Assembly: GCF_004010195.1 (NCBI RefSeq)
Contig: NC_057750.1
Span: forward strand, 19,953,215 to 19,985,446
Direction: 5' to 3'
From: Chiloscyllium plagiosum
Lineage: Eukaryota
DNA length: 32,232 bases
Part shown: in pieces, positions 1 through 11,268 of the stretch
Layout of the letters: each line of letters begins with the position of its first letter
How positions within the stretch are numbered: the stretch's first letter is position 1
Notes under the pieces: model-generated
Told to the model about the DNA's origin: nothing
The model's database searches: none
What the model saw: the letters and a program-made list of their open reading frames with translations, nothing else
Program-made: the position numbers and the translations under genes

Positions 1-775
1 TGTAGGTTAGGGTGGATTGGCCATGCTAAATTACCCTATAGTGTTCAGGGATGTGCAGGTTATGGTGGATTGACCATGCTAAATTACCCATAGTGTTCAG
101 GAATGTACAGATTAGGGTGGATTGGCCATGCTAAATTACCCAAAGTGTTCAGGGATGTGCAGATTAGGGTGGATGGGCCATGCTAAATTACCCCATCGTG
201 TTCAGGGATGTGTAGGTTAGTGGGGATTAGCCATGCTAAATTACCCATAGTGTTCAGTGATGTGCAGGTTAGGGTGGATTGACCATGCTAAATTTCCCAT
301 AGTGTTCAGGGATGTGTAGGTTAGGGTGGATTGGTCATGCTAAACTACCCATAGTGTTCAGGGATGTGCAGGTTAGGGTGGATTGGCCATGCTAAATTAC
401 CCCATACTGTTCAGGGATGTGCAGGTTAGGGTGGATTGGCCATGCTAAATTACCCTATAGTGTTTAGGGTTGTGCAGGTTATGGTGGATTGGCCATGCTA
501 AATAACCATAGTGTTCAGGGATGTGCAGGTTAGGGTGGATTGGCCATGCTAAATTACCCTGTCGTGTTCAGGGATGTGCACATTAGGGTGGATTGGCCAT
601 GCTAAATTACCCATAGTGTTCAGTGATGTGCAGGTTAGGGTGGATTGGCCATGCTAAATTACCCAAAGTGTTCAGGGATGTGCAGATTAGGTTGGATGGG
701 CCATGCTAAATTCCAGATAGTGTTCAGGTATGTGCAGGTTATGTGAATTGGCCATGTTAAATTGCCTGTAGTGTT
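1..775 (+). repeat. Tandem array of a 52-53 bp unit (~14-15 copies), an internal expansion of an HE1-type SINE segment
   Basis: Unit GGTTAGGGTGGATTGGCCATGCTAAATTACCCATAGTGTTCAGGGATGTGCA recurs at 5, 58, 110 and onward. Its TGGCCATGCTA core occurs once in each SINE at 15153-15450 and 22171-22463. Confidence 0.93.
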
Positions 776-887
776 CGGTGAAGGGGTAAATGTAGGGGTA
801 AGGGGCTGGGCGGGTTGGTCTTCGGAGGGTCAATGTGGACTTGTTGGGCTGAAGGGTGTGTTTTCACACTCTAAGTGATCTAATCAA
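776..887 (+). mobile_element. 3' tail of HE1-type SINE
   Basis: GTGGACTTGTTGGGCTGAAGGG...TTTCACACT...TCTAATCA matches the reverse complement of the SINE tails starting at 15153 and 22171. Confidence 0.8.
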
Positions 888-889
888 CT

Positions 890-1430
890 CCCTCGGGTCT
901 GATCACCTACTTTCTATGTTCCTAAAGGAAGTGGCAACAGCGATACAGGATCCATTATTTATAATGTTCAGAAATTCCCTCAATGTGGAAAGTTTCGTGG
1001 ATTGGCAAAATCCTAATATAACACTCCTATTCAAAAAGGGAGGGAGGCAAAAAATAGGAAAACACAGTTTAACATGTCAGTGGGAAATTGTTTGAATACA
1101 TTATTAAAGAAGTAATAACAGGACATTTCGGGAAAGTCAAAATACAATCCATCAGAGTCAGCATGATTTTATGAAGAGTAAATCATATTGCCTCTCTCAC
1201 CTTAAACCTATGTCCTCTCGTTTTGAACTCCCAACCCCAGGGAAAAGACTTTGCCTATTTACCCTATCCATGCCCCTCACGATTTTATAAAACTCTGTAA
1301 GGTCACCCCTCAGCCTCTAGACGGTCCAGGGAAAACAGCTCCAGCCTGTTCAGCCTCTCCCTCTAACTCAACCCTTCAGTGTAAGTCTTTTCTGCACCCT
1401 CTCAGGTTAACAACATCCTTCCTGTAGAAG
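890..1430. mobile_element. Degenerate CR1 LINE fragments (+ strand ~890-1190, - strand ~1190-1430)
   Basis: ORF 856..1095 has DWQNPNITLLFKKGGRQK, resembling DWRLANVVPLFKKGGK of the CR1 ORF2 at 30-32 kb. 1190-1430 aligns by eye with the CR1 3' region at 25260-25510. Confidence 0.75.
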
Positions 1431-1554
1431 GGGGATTATGATTGCTCTTTCCCAAATGCTCCCCACACTGACATTCTGCACTTGGCCTGCTTCATTTCCT
1501 GTGACCAGATCCAACACAGCCCCTTCCCTGGTAGGGCAAGAAATATCCTAACCG

Positions 1555-2690
1555 AAGAGTGTGGTGCTGGAAAAGCACAGCTGGTCAGGCAACATCCGAG
1601 GAGCAAGAGAGTCGACGTTTTGAGCCTAAGCTCTTCACCAGGAATGAGGGTGTGTCCCAATTGGACTGAGAGACAAATGGGAGGGGGTGGAGTGGGGTGG
1701 GGTGGGGGGAAGGGATTTGGGATAAGGGGTAGTGTTTTTTACAGGAGGCAGGGTGGGAGGAGGTGTAGTCCAGATAGCTATGGGAGTTGGTGGGGTTTAA
1801 GTAGATATCTGTGTTGAGTCAGTTGCCAGAAATGGAGGTGGAGAAGGGGAGGGAGGTGTCCAAGATGGTCCAGGTGAACTTGGGATCATGGTGGAAGGTG
1901 TTGGTGAAGTTGATGAAGTGTTCAACCTCCTCGTGGGAGCACGGTGGTGCCAATACAGTCATTGATGGAGAGGAGGATAGGTGGGGAATGGTTCCAGTGT
2001 AGCTGAGGAAGATGGACTGTTCCACGTACCTGACGAAGATGCAGGCATAACTGGGGCCCATGTGGGTGCCCATGGAGGAAGTGGGAGGATTGGAAGGAGA
2101 AACTGTCGAAGGTGAGAACCACTTCAGCCAATCGAATGAGCGTCTCATTGGAAGGGTACTGGTTGGCTCGGCAAGAGTGGAAGAAACAGAGGGCTGGGAG
2201 GCTTTCACCATGGTGGAACCGCCTTGTGGCCTAACGCTTTAACTCCCCCTCCCATTTTACCGAGAACATGCATGTCCTGGGCATCCACCACCGCCAAACC
2301 CTAACCACCCGACACCGAGAGAAGAACACCTCAGCTTCTGCCCTGGGACCTTCCAACCCCAGGGGATCAATGTGGGTTTCACCAGTTTCCTCATCTCTCC
2401 TCCCCCCACATTATCTCAGATCCAACCCTCCAGCTCGGCAACACCCTCTTGAACCTGTCGATCGTCCTTCCCATCTATCCGCTCCACCCTTCTCTCCAAC
2501 CTATTACCTTCACCCCCCACCTGTAAAATTCCCAGCTGCCTTCCCTCAGTGCCCTCCACCAATAAATCTCTCAGCCCCCTTGGGCCAACCCCGCCATTCC
2601 TGATGAAGAGCTTATGCTCGAAACGTTGACTCTCCTGATCCTCGGATGTTGCCTGACCAGCTGTGCTTTTCCAGCACCACACCTTTTGAC
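1555..2690. mobile_element. Penelope-like element with inverted arrangement: - strand RT fragment (~1555-2215) joined to a + strand 3' end (~2215-2690)
   Basis: ORF 1819..2211(-) has MGTHMGPSYACIFV..VEQSIF, a PLE-type RT motif. The termini 1559-1620 and 2622-2682 are inverted copies of each other. Hammerhead-like core at 2600-2627. Confidence 0.8.
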
Positions 2691-2934
2691 TGCAAATGCT
2701 CTCACTTAGATCTTCTCCACTATTTAAGCTCCATAATAAATACCCAACAAGGGTCACTGCTTCCTTCCTGTTTTTCTAATCATACAGATTCTAATTCAGG
2801 ATTCTAATTCGTTCAAGGGCAATGATATTACCTTTAACCAAGGCTGAAACACCTCCTTCCGTTTTACCACACTGTTTCTACTAAAAGCCTTACAACCTGG
2901 GATGTTAGCTGTCTGGTCCTGTTCTGGCTTGAGC

Positions 2935-3800
2935 AAAGTTTCTGGATGTAGGTTTGCTCACTGAGCTGGAAGGTTCGTTATCAGACGTTTCGTCACCATA
3001 CGAGGTAACATCTTCAGTGAGTCTCCGGATGAAGCACTGGTGGTATGGCCCGCTTTCTATTTAGGTTTCGTTGGGTTGGTGATGTCACTTCCTGTGGTGA
3101 TGTCATTTTCTGTTCTTTTTCTCAGGGGGTGGTAGAATGGGGTCTAACTCGATGTTTTGTTGATAGAGTTCTGTTTGAATGCCATGCTTCTCAGAATTCT
3201 CGCGCGTGTCTCTGTTTGGCTTGTCCCAGGATGGATGTGTTGTCCCAGTCAAAGTGGTGTCCTTCCTCATCTATATGTGAGGATACTAGTGAGAGAGGGT
3301 CATGTCGTTATGTGGCTAGTTGATGTCCATGTGTCCTGGTGGCTAGTTTTCTGCCTGTTTGTCCAATGTAGTGCTTGTTACAGTTCTTGCACGGTATTTT
3401 GCAAATGACATTGGTTTTGCTTGTTGACTGTATGGTATCTTTCAAGTTCATTCGCTGCTGTTTTAGTGTGTTGGTGGGTTTGTGGGCTACTGTGATGCCA
3501 ACGAGTCTGAGTAGTCTGGCAGTCGCTTCTGAGATGTCTTTGATGTAGGGGAGAGTGGCTAGGGTTTCTGGACGTGTTTGGGTTTGTTGCTGAGAAATCA
3601 GCGGAACTTGTTCATTGGGTACCCATTCTTTTTGAATACACTGTCTAGGTAATTTTCCTCTGCTCTGTGTAGTTCCTCTGTGCAGCAGTGTGTGTTGGCT
3701 CATTGAAATAATGTTCTGATGCAGCTTCGTTTGTGGGTGTTGGGATAATTGCTTCTGTAGTTCAGTATTTGGTCAGTATCTGTTGTTTTACTGTAGACTT
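2935..3800 (-). mobile_element. Penelope-like retroelement 3' part with RT C-terminus and GIY-YIG endonuclease (degenerate)
   Basis: ORF 3308..3703(-) contains ATLPYIKDISEATARLLR and NVICKIPCKNCNKHYIGQTGRKLATR, typical of the PLE linker plus GIY-YIG domain. Confidence 0.9.
2981..3020 (-). ncRNA. Minimal type I hammerhead ribozyme motif at the Penelope 3' end
   Basis: Minus strand reads TCA-CTGAAGA-T-GTTACC-TCGTAT-GGTGAC-GAAA-CGTC-TGA: conserved core boxes, 6-bp stem II, palindromic ACGT stem III, GUC cleavage triplet, 3-bp stem I. Confidence 0.7.
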
Positions 3801-3984
3801 TCCAGTAAACAAAGTTTCTGTCAATGCTATGTCATATCTCCCAGCGGACAATTTCTGCTTCCAGTTCCCCAATTGTGTTCATTTATAGTCTTGCTGCCTT
3901 TGTTAATTTTGAGTTCCTGTTCCTGAAGCAATATTAGACTTGTTACCGTACCTGCTGTAAACACTGATGCAAAGTAATTCCAAC

Positions 3985-5053
3985 CAAACCAATCACCAAA
4001 TTCTGAGACCTATGTCTCTGCTCTGCCCTCTGCAACTGGATCTTTCACTTCCTGACCGATAGACTGCAATCAGTGAGAAAGGGCGACCACGCCTCATTTA
4101 CAAAAACCCTCAACACTGGCAACCTGTGAGGCTGCGTACTCAGCCCCTTACTATACTCCCTGTACCCTCATGACTGTGTGGCCAAATTCCATCCCAAGTC
4201 CATCTACAAGTTCGCTGATGACTCTACCATTGTAGGCTGGGTCTCAATGCCGAGATAGAACGCAGGAAAGAGATAGAGTGGTTGGTTGCGTGGTATAAAG
4301 CTAACAATCTCTTCCTCAATGACATCAAAATGAAAGAGCTGATCATTGACTTCAGGAAGCAAGTTGGGAGGCTACACCACTGCCTATATCAATGCTGCTG
4401 AGGTGGGGGGTGCTCTCGAGTATCACCTTACTAGGAGCGAAGATCACCAACAATGTGTCCTGGTCCACCCATGTTAATACGATTTTACACAATAATACCT
4501 CAACATCCTCAGGAAGCTAAGGAACTTCAGCATGTTTGTAATGACACTTACCAATTTTTATAGATGCAGCATAGAAAACATTCCATCCAGATGCATCACA
4601 GCTTGGTTTGGCAACTGCTCTGCCCAAGACAGTAAGAAACTATGAAGAGTTGTGAACACAGGTCAGTCCACCGTGCAAACCAACCAACCATGCATTGACT
4701 CCATCTGTATATCACGCTGACTCAGAAAGGCAGCCAACATCATCAAAACCCCGTTCCACCCTGGTCACAATCTCTTCCAACCTCTTCTGCTGGACTGAAG
4801 ATACAAAAGCTTAAACACATGCACCGTCAGATTTAAGAACAGTTTCTTCCCAGCTGTTATTAAACTTCTGAACAGACCTCCCAAATTTAAAATTTAACAT
4901 TGATCTCACACTTTGTGCATCTTCTCTGTAGCATTGTATTCTTCACACTGTTCTATTACCCCAATGCACTTTATTTGTTATCAAATGCACGCAAAACAAA
5001 ACTTCTCACTGTACCTAGGTGCATGAGACAAAAATATATCAAATCAAATCAAA
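3985..5053 (+). mobile_element. Rex1/Babar-like LINE 3' fragment (RT, with stops)
   Basis: Manual translation gives LCNWIFHFLTDRLQSV...GCVLSPLLYSLY.HDCVAKF..KSIYKFADDSTIVG. It ends in an (ATCAA)n tail at ~5038-5053. Clade assigned by motif resemblance only. Confidence 0.75.
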
Positions 5054-5584
5054 AGATGTTCATCAACTATTGTTTTTAATTATTTTCACCACCACCTCAG
5101 AAACTGTAAAATGTAGACTGTCTTTGAACTGTGGCTTGTTTTAGTTCATTTACACTGAGGCTATTCATCAATGTCTTCAATAAAACTTTCCCATTGTCAG
5201 GAAAACTGAAGCTCTCTCTTCCTGAAATTGGAGGTTGTTGGAAATGTCTTCTACCCCTCATTTCATCTGCTCCCCTTTCTCTGCCTGTCTCCCCGTTTTC
5301 TCTATCTCTTCATCCATCCAGCTCATAGACAGGTCCCCTGACCCCTCTGCTTCCGGCTGTGGAGACGACCACCTTCAAGCTCTTTGAAGGGGTTAGGAGT
5401 CACAGCTAGTCACAATGGGGTAATTCAGAGAGAGAGGGGGACAGGGGAATGACAGGCAACACAGAGGGGTACAGAAATGCATCGAGAGGCGTCTACACTG
5501 CCTGGTGTTTGGAGGGTGGTGTATTTGTCTCAGTCAAGTGCGTCTTGTTTCTGGATTTTGCTTGCAGAGTCATTTCTGTTCAGA

Positions 5585-5635
5585 TCGCTTCCTCGTTTTA
5601 CAATCTCAATCAGTTCCTCTTCACTCTCTTCCTCG
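5585..5635 (+). promoter_or_regulatory. Cluster of three ETS/PU.1-type TTCC(T) cores just upstream of the receptor start codon
   Basis: TTCC at 5589, 5614 and 5629. On the minus strand 5611-5625 reads AGTGAAGAGGAACTG (PU.1-like). No obvious TATA box. Short motifs, so the support is weak. Confidence 0.35.
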
Positions 5636-5708
5636 ATGGCGACATGTAATTTTAGTGCGAGATGGACTTGTGTGCTGCTCGTTGCTCTCCTCTCTGTCTT
5701 CTGCGTCA
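5636..5708 (+). CDS. SLAM/CD2-family receptor exon 1 (signal peptide MATCNFSARWTCVLLVALLSVFCV)
   Basis: ATG at 5636, hydrophobic leader, consensus donor A|GTGAGT at 5709, phase 1 compatible with exon 2. Confidence 0.85.
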
Positions 5709-6154
5709 GTGAGTAACAACTTTTGTGTTCATTTTAGTTTAAAATTCAGCCCTCACTTCTCCAAAGCTTTCCCCAGTACACATGTGAAGGCCATTCAGCT
5801 CATTGTGCTTGACCAGCTGGAAGGTCTCACCGAGGAAACAACCTAAAATCCATTCTGTCCCATTCCTTCCCTTTAACCCCTCTCTCAGAAGTTTTGGCTT
5901 TTTCCATGAAGCATTCCTTCACCTCCTTCGTATTCGACGTCCTCATTCTTGATCACACCACCCCACCATTTGGTCAGCGACAGGCTCTGTGAAAGCTCTG
6001 GCAGGCGTTTCTTTGGCCGGTTCATCTGTCATCATGAAACAGAAGTTACCAACAGTTTTCTTTACAAACACCGCCAGGTTGTTGAGACTTACAGACCAAC
6101 TTCAAGAAAGCAATCAGCATCTAACCTCATGCCATCCCGGTCCTGGGTGGGATT

Positions 6155-7350
6155 GATTCAGATAGTGTAGAGGGAGCTTTACTCTGTATCTAACCCCGTG
6201 CTGTCCCTGTCCTGGGAGGGTTTGATGGGGACAGTGTAGAGGGAGCTTTACTCTGTATCTAACCCCGTGCTGTCCCTGTCCTGCAAGTGTTTGATGGGGG
6301 ACAGTGTAGAGGGAGCTTTACTCTGTATCTAACCCTGCGCTGTCCCTGTGCTGGGAGTGTTTGATGGGGGACAGTGTAGAGAGAGCTTTACTTTGTATCT
6401 AACCCCGTGCTGTCCATGTCCTGGGAGTGTTTGATGAGGGACAGTGTAGAGGGAGCTTTACACTGTATCTAACCCCGTGCTGTCCCTGTCCTGGGAGGGT
6501 TTGATGGGGGACAGTGTAGAGGGAGCTTTACTCTGTATCTAACCCCGTGCTGTCCCTGTCCTGAGAGCGTTTGATGGGGGGACAGTGTAGATGGAGCTTT
6601 ACTCTGTNNNNNNNNNNNNNNNNNNNNNNNNNNNNNNNNNNNNNNNNNNNNNNNNNNNNNNNNNNNNNNNNNNNNNNNNNNNNNNNNNNNNNNNNNNNNN
6701 NNNNNNNNNNNNNNNNNNNNNNNNNNNNNNNNNNNNNNNNNNNNNNNNNNNNNNNNNNNNNNNNNNNNNNNNNNNNNNNNNNNNNNNNNNNNNNNNNNNN
6801 NNNNNNNNNNNNNNNNNNNNNNNNNNNNNNNNNNNNNNNNNNNNNNNNNNNNNNNNNNNNNNNNNNNNNNNNNNNNNNNNNNNNNNNNNNNNNNNNNNNN
6901 NNNNNNNNNNNNNNNNNNNNNNNNNNNNNNNNNNNNNNNNNNNNNNNNNNNNNNNNNNNNNNNNNNNNNNNNNNNNNNNNNNNNNNNNNNNNNNNNNNNN
7001 NNNNNNNNNNNNNNNNNNNNNNNNNNNNNNNNNNNNNNNNNNNNNNNNNNNNNNNNNNNNNNNNNNNNNNNNNNNNNNNNNNNNNNNNNNNNNNNNNNNN
7101 NNNNNNNNNNNNNNNNNNNNNNNNNNNNNNNNNNNNNNNNNNNNNNNNNNNNAGGGAGCTTTACTCTGTATCTAACCCTGTGCTGTCCCTGTCCTGGGAA
7201 TGTTTGATGGGGGACAGTGTAGAGGGGGCTTACTCTGTATCTAACCCCGTGCTGTCCCTGTCCTGAGAGCGTTTGATGGGGGACAGTGTAGAGGGAGCTT
7301 TACTCTGTATCTAACCCCGTGCTGTCCCTGTCCTGAGAGCGTTTGATGGG
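6155..7350 (+). repeat. ~70 bp tandem repeat array in intron 1 (interrupted by gap 6608-7152)
   Basis: Unit GACAGTGTAGAGGGAGCTTTACTCTGTATCTAACCCCGTGCTGTCCCTGTCCTGGGAGTGTTTGATGGGG occurs on both sides of the gap. A further ~1.5-unit copy lies at ~11322-11430. Confidence 0.95.
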
Positions 7351-7542
7351 GCACTGTGCAGACAGATAATACTCTGCAATTTCTTTCTTGCCACATTTCT
7401 ATTCATTGTCTCAATGATCAGTTCCAAAGTAATGATTTGCCTTTGTGTGTCTTTTAGATATATCGCAGAGCTTTTCATGTCTCATAGTGTTCTTCAATGA
7501 CTTCGCTTGTCTTTTTCCACACTGACTGACTGTGTCCTCTAG

Positions 7543-7872
7543 TTCCCTTAGTTCATAGTGAAGACATCCATCTGTCTGTGAATGGATCCCTGGGTCAGTC
7601 CGTTTCCCTACCAATGGTGATCCATAACAGATCAATGGAGATTGAGATTGTCTGGATTCAACCTTCACCCAGAATCAAAATAGCAAGATATATGGATGGG
7701 AATGTGAAATATTTTGGCAGTGAGGAATATAAGAAACGGATACATTTGCACCCTGAGAACTTCAGTCTTCAAATCAATGACTTACAGAGGGAAGATGCTG
7801 GGAACTATGAGGTAATTGTAACACCAGATTCGGGAAAGGAAATATCTGAGAAAGTTCGACTGGCCGTGTACG
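7543..7872 (+). CDS. SLAM/CD2-family receptor exon 2: N-terminal IgV domain lacking the canonical disulfide
   Basis: Acceptor CTGACTGTGTCCTCTAG|, donor G|GTGAGT, phase 1-1. Encodes IPLVHSEDIHLSVNGSLGQSVSLP...IVW...YKKRIHLHPENFSLQINDLQREDAGNYEVIV...VRLAVY, with a D-x-G-x-Y motif and no Cys, as in CD2-family V domains. Confidence 0.95.
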
Positions 7873-8109
7873 GTGAGTGAGACTCAACTGAACCTACTTT
7901 GCTATCACCCTTTTTGAAATCTGTCTCATGATAAGAGGATGTGATGTACTACTTGTATTGTCACAAGACTATTAACTCAGAGAGCAGGATTTCGAATTCC
8001 ATAAACATCTGAAATTAATTTTAATGATAGTCATAAAACCACAGTTGAGTGTCAGAAATGTTCTTCAGGGAAATAAATCTGCCATTGTTGCTTGTTCTCA
8101 CTCACAGAT

Positions 8110-8275
8110 GTCATAGAGTCATAGAGATGTACAGCATGGAAATAGACCCTTCGGCCCAACCTGTCCATGCTGACCTGATATCCCAACCCAATCTAGTCCC
8201 ACCTGCCAGCATCTGGCCCATATCCCTCCAAACCCTTCCTATTCATATACCCATCCAGATGCCTTTTAAATGCTG
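8110..8275 (-). mobile_element. CR1 LINE 3' end running into a gap
   Basis: Starts with GTCATAGAGTCATAGAG (reverse of the CTCTATGA tail repeat) and is near-identical to 25008-25165 and 29967-30105. Confidence 0.85.
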
Positions 8276-8684
8276 NNNNNNNNNNNNNNNNNNNNNNNNN
8301 NNNNNNNNNNNNNNNNNNNNNNNNNNNNNNNNNNNNNNNNNNNNNNNNNNNNNNNNNNNNNNNNNNNNNNNNNNNNNNNNNNNNNNNNNNNNNNNNNNNN
8401 NNNNNNNNNNNNNNNNNNNNNNNNNNNNNNNNNNNNNNNNNNNNNNNNNNNNNNNNNNNNNNNNNNNNNNNNNNNNNNNNNNNNNNNNNNNNNNNNNNNN
8501 NNNNNNNNNNNNNNNNNNNNNNNNNNNNNNNNNNNNNNNNNNNNNNNNNNNNNNNNNNNNNNNNNNNNNNNNNNNNNNNNNNNNNNNNNNNNNNNNNNNN
8601 NNNNNNNNNNNNNNNNNNNNNNNNNNNNNNNNNNNNNNNNNNNNNNNNNNNNNNNNNNNNNNNNNNNNNNNNNNNNNNNNNNNN

Positions 8685-9990
8685 CCCCAGTTCCAAACTT
8701 CCAGCTCAGCACTGTCCCCATGACTTGTCCTACCTGCCTATCTCCTTTTCCACCAATCCACTCCACCCTCTCCTCCTGACCTATCGCCTTCATCCCCTCC
8801 CCCACTCACCTATTGTACAACTATACTACTTTCTCCCCACCCCCACCCTCCTCTAGCTTATCTCTATGCTTCAGGCATAGCACACCTTCACACCTCACTG
8901 GTGAGGGAAAATAAACTGGCTTTCTTCAGGCTTGAGTTGGTTAATATTGCAGAGAAAAGGGTCAGCTCTCCCTCTCTTGGGGCTCTGAAGACCTCTTCCC
9001 AAACTTTCACACCATAAGCTGTTCGGCTAACTGAGAGTCAATCACATTGTTGTCAGCAGGCAGGAAGGTGCCGGGAGTGGGGTGTGGCCACCGAGAAACA
9101 GACCCCACCACCAGGAATATATTTCCCTCCCCACCTGTATCTGCGTTTCGGAGAGACCATTCCCTCTGCCACTCTCTTGTCAGATCTACGCCACCCCCCC
9201 CACATCACCCCCCCCCCCTTCCCCCCCCCCACCCCCATCACCAGCCCACATCCCACTCCCGGCAGCTTCACTGGCCAGTGCAAGAATTGCAAAACCTGCA
9301 CCCACATCTCCGCCTCACCTCCGTCCAAGGCCCCAAAGGATCCTTCCACATCTGACAGAGATTTACCTGTACTTCCACTCACCTCATCTACTGTAACTGT
9401 TGTACTCGATGTGGTGTTCTCTACATTGGGGACACAGGACACCAGTTTGCGGATTGTTTCAGAGAACATCTCTGGGACACATGCATTAAACAACCCCATC
9501 GCCCTGTGGCTGAACACTTCAACTCCCCCTCCTATTCCCCTCCCACCCCACCAAGGACATGCAGGTCCTGGGCCTCCTCCATCACCAAACCCTAGCCACC
9601 CAACGCCTGGAGGACGAACGCTTCATCTTCCGCCTTGGGACCCTCCAACCACACAAGATGAATGTGGATTTCACCAGTTTCCTCATCTGCCCTCCTCCCA
9701 CCTTATCCCAGTCCCAAGCCTCCAACTCAGCACCACCCTCTTGACCCGTCCATCTTCCTTCCAACCTCTCCGCTCCACCCTCCTCTCCGACCTATCACCT
9801 TCATCCCCACCTTCATCTACTTATCGCGTTCCCAACTACTTACCCCCAGCCCCACCACCTCCCATTTATCTCTCAGTCCCCCAGCTGACAAGCCACATTC
9901 GTGATGAAGGACCTATGCCCAAAATGTTGATTCTCCTGTTCCTCGGATGCTACCTGACCTGCTGTGTTTTTCCAGCGCCACACTCTCAAT
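8685..9990 (+). mobile_element. Penelope-like element 3' fragments (8685-~8875 and ~9090-9990) with degenerate Cys-rich linker and GIY-YIG
   Basis: QCKNCKTCTHI followed, in a shifted frame, by RFTCTSTHLIYC..CTRCGVLYIG. The 3' end at 9895-9985 is homologous to 2595-2690. Confidence 0.8.
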
Positions 9991-10977
9991 CAAGTGGGCT
10001 GCTTTGAACTGGGTGATGTCAAACGTCTAGACTGTTGTTGGAGCTGCCCCCATCCAGGCAGGTGAGGAATATTCTATCACATTCCTGACTTGTGTGGACA
10101 AGTTTTGGGGAATAAGATGTGAAGTAATCCTAGCCTCTGACCTGCTCTTGTAGCCACTGCATTCATATAGTTAGCCCAGCTGGTTAATGGTAATCCCCGC
10201 GATGTTTGACCTGATGCCAAGGAGACGTCATGTAGTCCGGGGTTAGTCTTGAGTCAATCCCTGTATATCGCTGTATCGCCACCTCTGCTGGGCCTGTCCA
10301 GCTGATGGGACAGGACATAACCAATGATGGGGAGACCGGTGTCTGGGATATTGTCTGGAAGATATGATTTCATGAGTGTGACTGTGTCAGGCTGATCCTT
10401 GACTTAGTCTTTGGGATTGCTCTCAACGTGGGTCCAAAAGGTAGGTAAATTGACAATTTTGTGATTTTGTACAAAAAAGTCTTAACATTTATGAAAACTC
10501 TGGGAATAGTGGGGGTTTCATTTTGAGTGTGATACCCCAGTGAGATGTAACAATTGACATAATTGCAGCTTTACTAATCTGCACTGGCACAGCAAGAGGT
10601 GTCTCAAAGTGCATCTCAAGATCCTTTTGCCAACCTATCAGCGCCTCACAATTAATCATACTCAAAATAAATTCTTTATGAAATGCTGATATTGCTAGTT
10701 TATAATTTCTTTGTAAGCAATGGTGTCATAATTTATGCGGCTCATAGTTGCACACTCATTCACTCTTTGTGTATTCATCTATTCATAATGATACCTGGAA
10801 CTTGTTTGAACTCAGCGGATGAGGGAAAGTGTTAATGTGTCGGGTTGAGGAATGAGCAGGAATGAAACGTTCCCTGGAGTGGATCTGAATCGGGGCACAG
10901 GGGGTGTAGAATTGAGCTGCCAACAAGGGTCTCCATTGCTTCCTCATATGTCTCTCGTTTCTTGATCTCAATGTCAG

Positions 10978-11268
10978 AGCCTGTGACAGGAGCTGCCATC
11001 CGTGTTGTAAACTCTACCACGTGGAACTGCAATGTGACCCTGAGGTGCTCAGTAACAACAGGCAGTAACGTCAGCTTCACCTGGTGGACAGGACAAGAAA
11101 TATCAGGAAATGACAGCGCCCATCGTCTCTCGGAATACAGAGAGAGTTTGCAGATTTCGTTCACAGGGGAAACCGATGACAGTGTTGTCAGGTGTGAGGC
11201 CAGGAATCCAGTCAGTCACGGGACTGCAGAGATAATTCTGAAAGATGTCTGTAATGGAAATGTACCTG
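10978..11268 (+). CDS. SLAM/CD2-family receptor exon 3: IgC2 domain with four cysteines
   Basis: Acceptor ...AATGTCAG|, donor G|GTGAGT, phase 1-1. Encodes EPVTGAAIRV...NCNVTLRCSV...VSFTW...RCEARNPVS...KDVC, the C-x5-C / C-x-A-x-NPVS / terminal C pattern of SLAM C2 domains. Confidence 0.95.

Noticed and set aside
1..775. TTAGGG words suggesting an interstitial telomere
   Set aside because: At most one hexamer per 52-53 bp SINE-derived unit, with no (TTAGGG)n run.
6571..7266. Long ORFs spanning N runs (also at 8.0-8.8, 13.0-13.9, 15.9-16.6, 28.1-29.2 and 30.1-30.9 kb)
   Set aside because: Artefacts of assembly gaps (6608-7152, 8276-8684, 13254-13819, 16028-16527, 28403-28910, 30271-30781) translated as X.
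7458..7542. Upstream alternative acceptor (CTTTTAG|) for the IgV exon
   Set aside because: In phase with exon 1 it reaches a TGA before the Ig domain. The 7543 acceptor keeps the frame and is the one mirrored in the paralog.
9084..10007. 307-aa proline-rich ORF
   Set aside because: It is largely an off-frame reading of a C-rich Penelope 3' fragment. The GIY-YIG-like motifs lie in shifted, broken frames.
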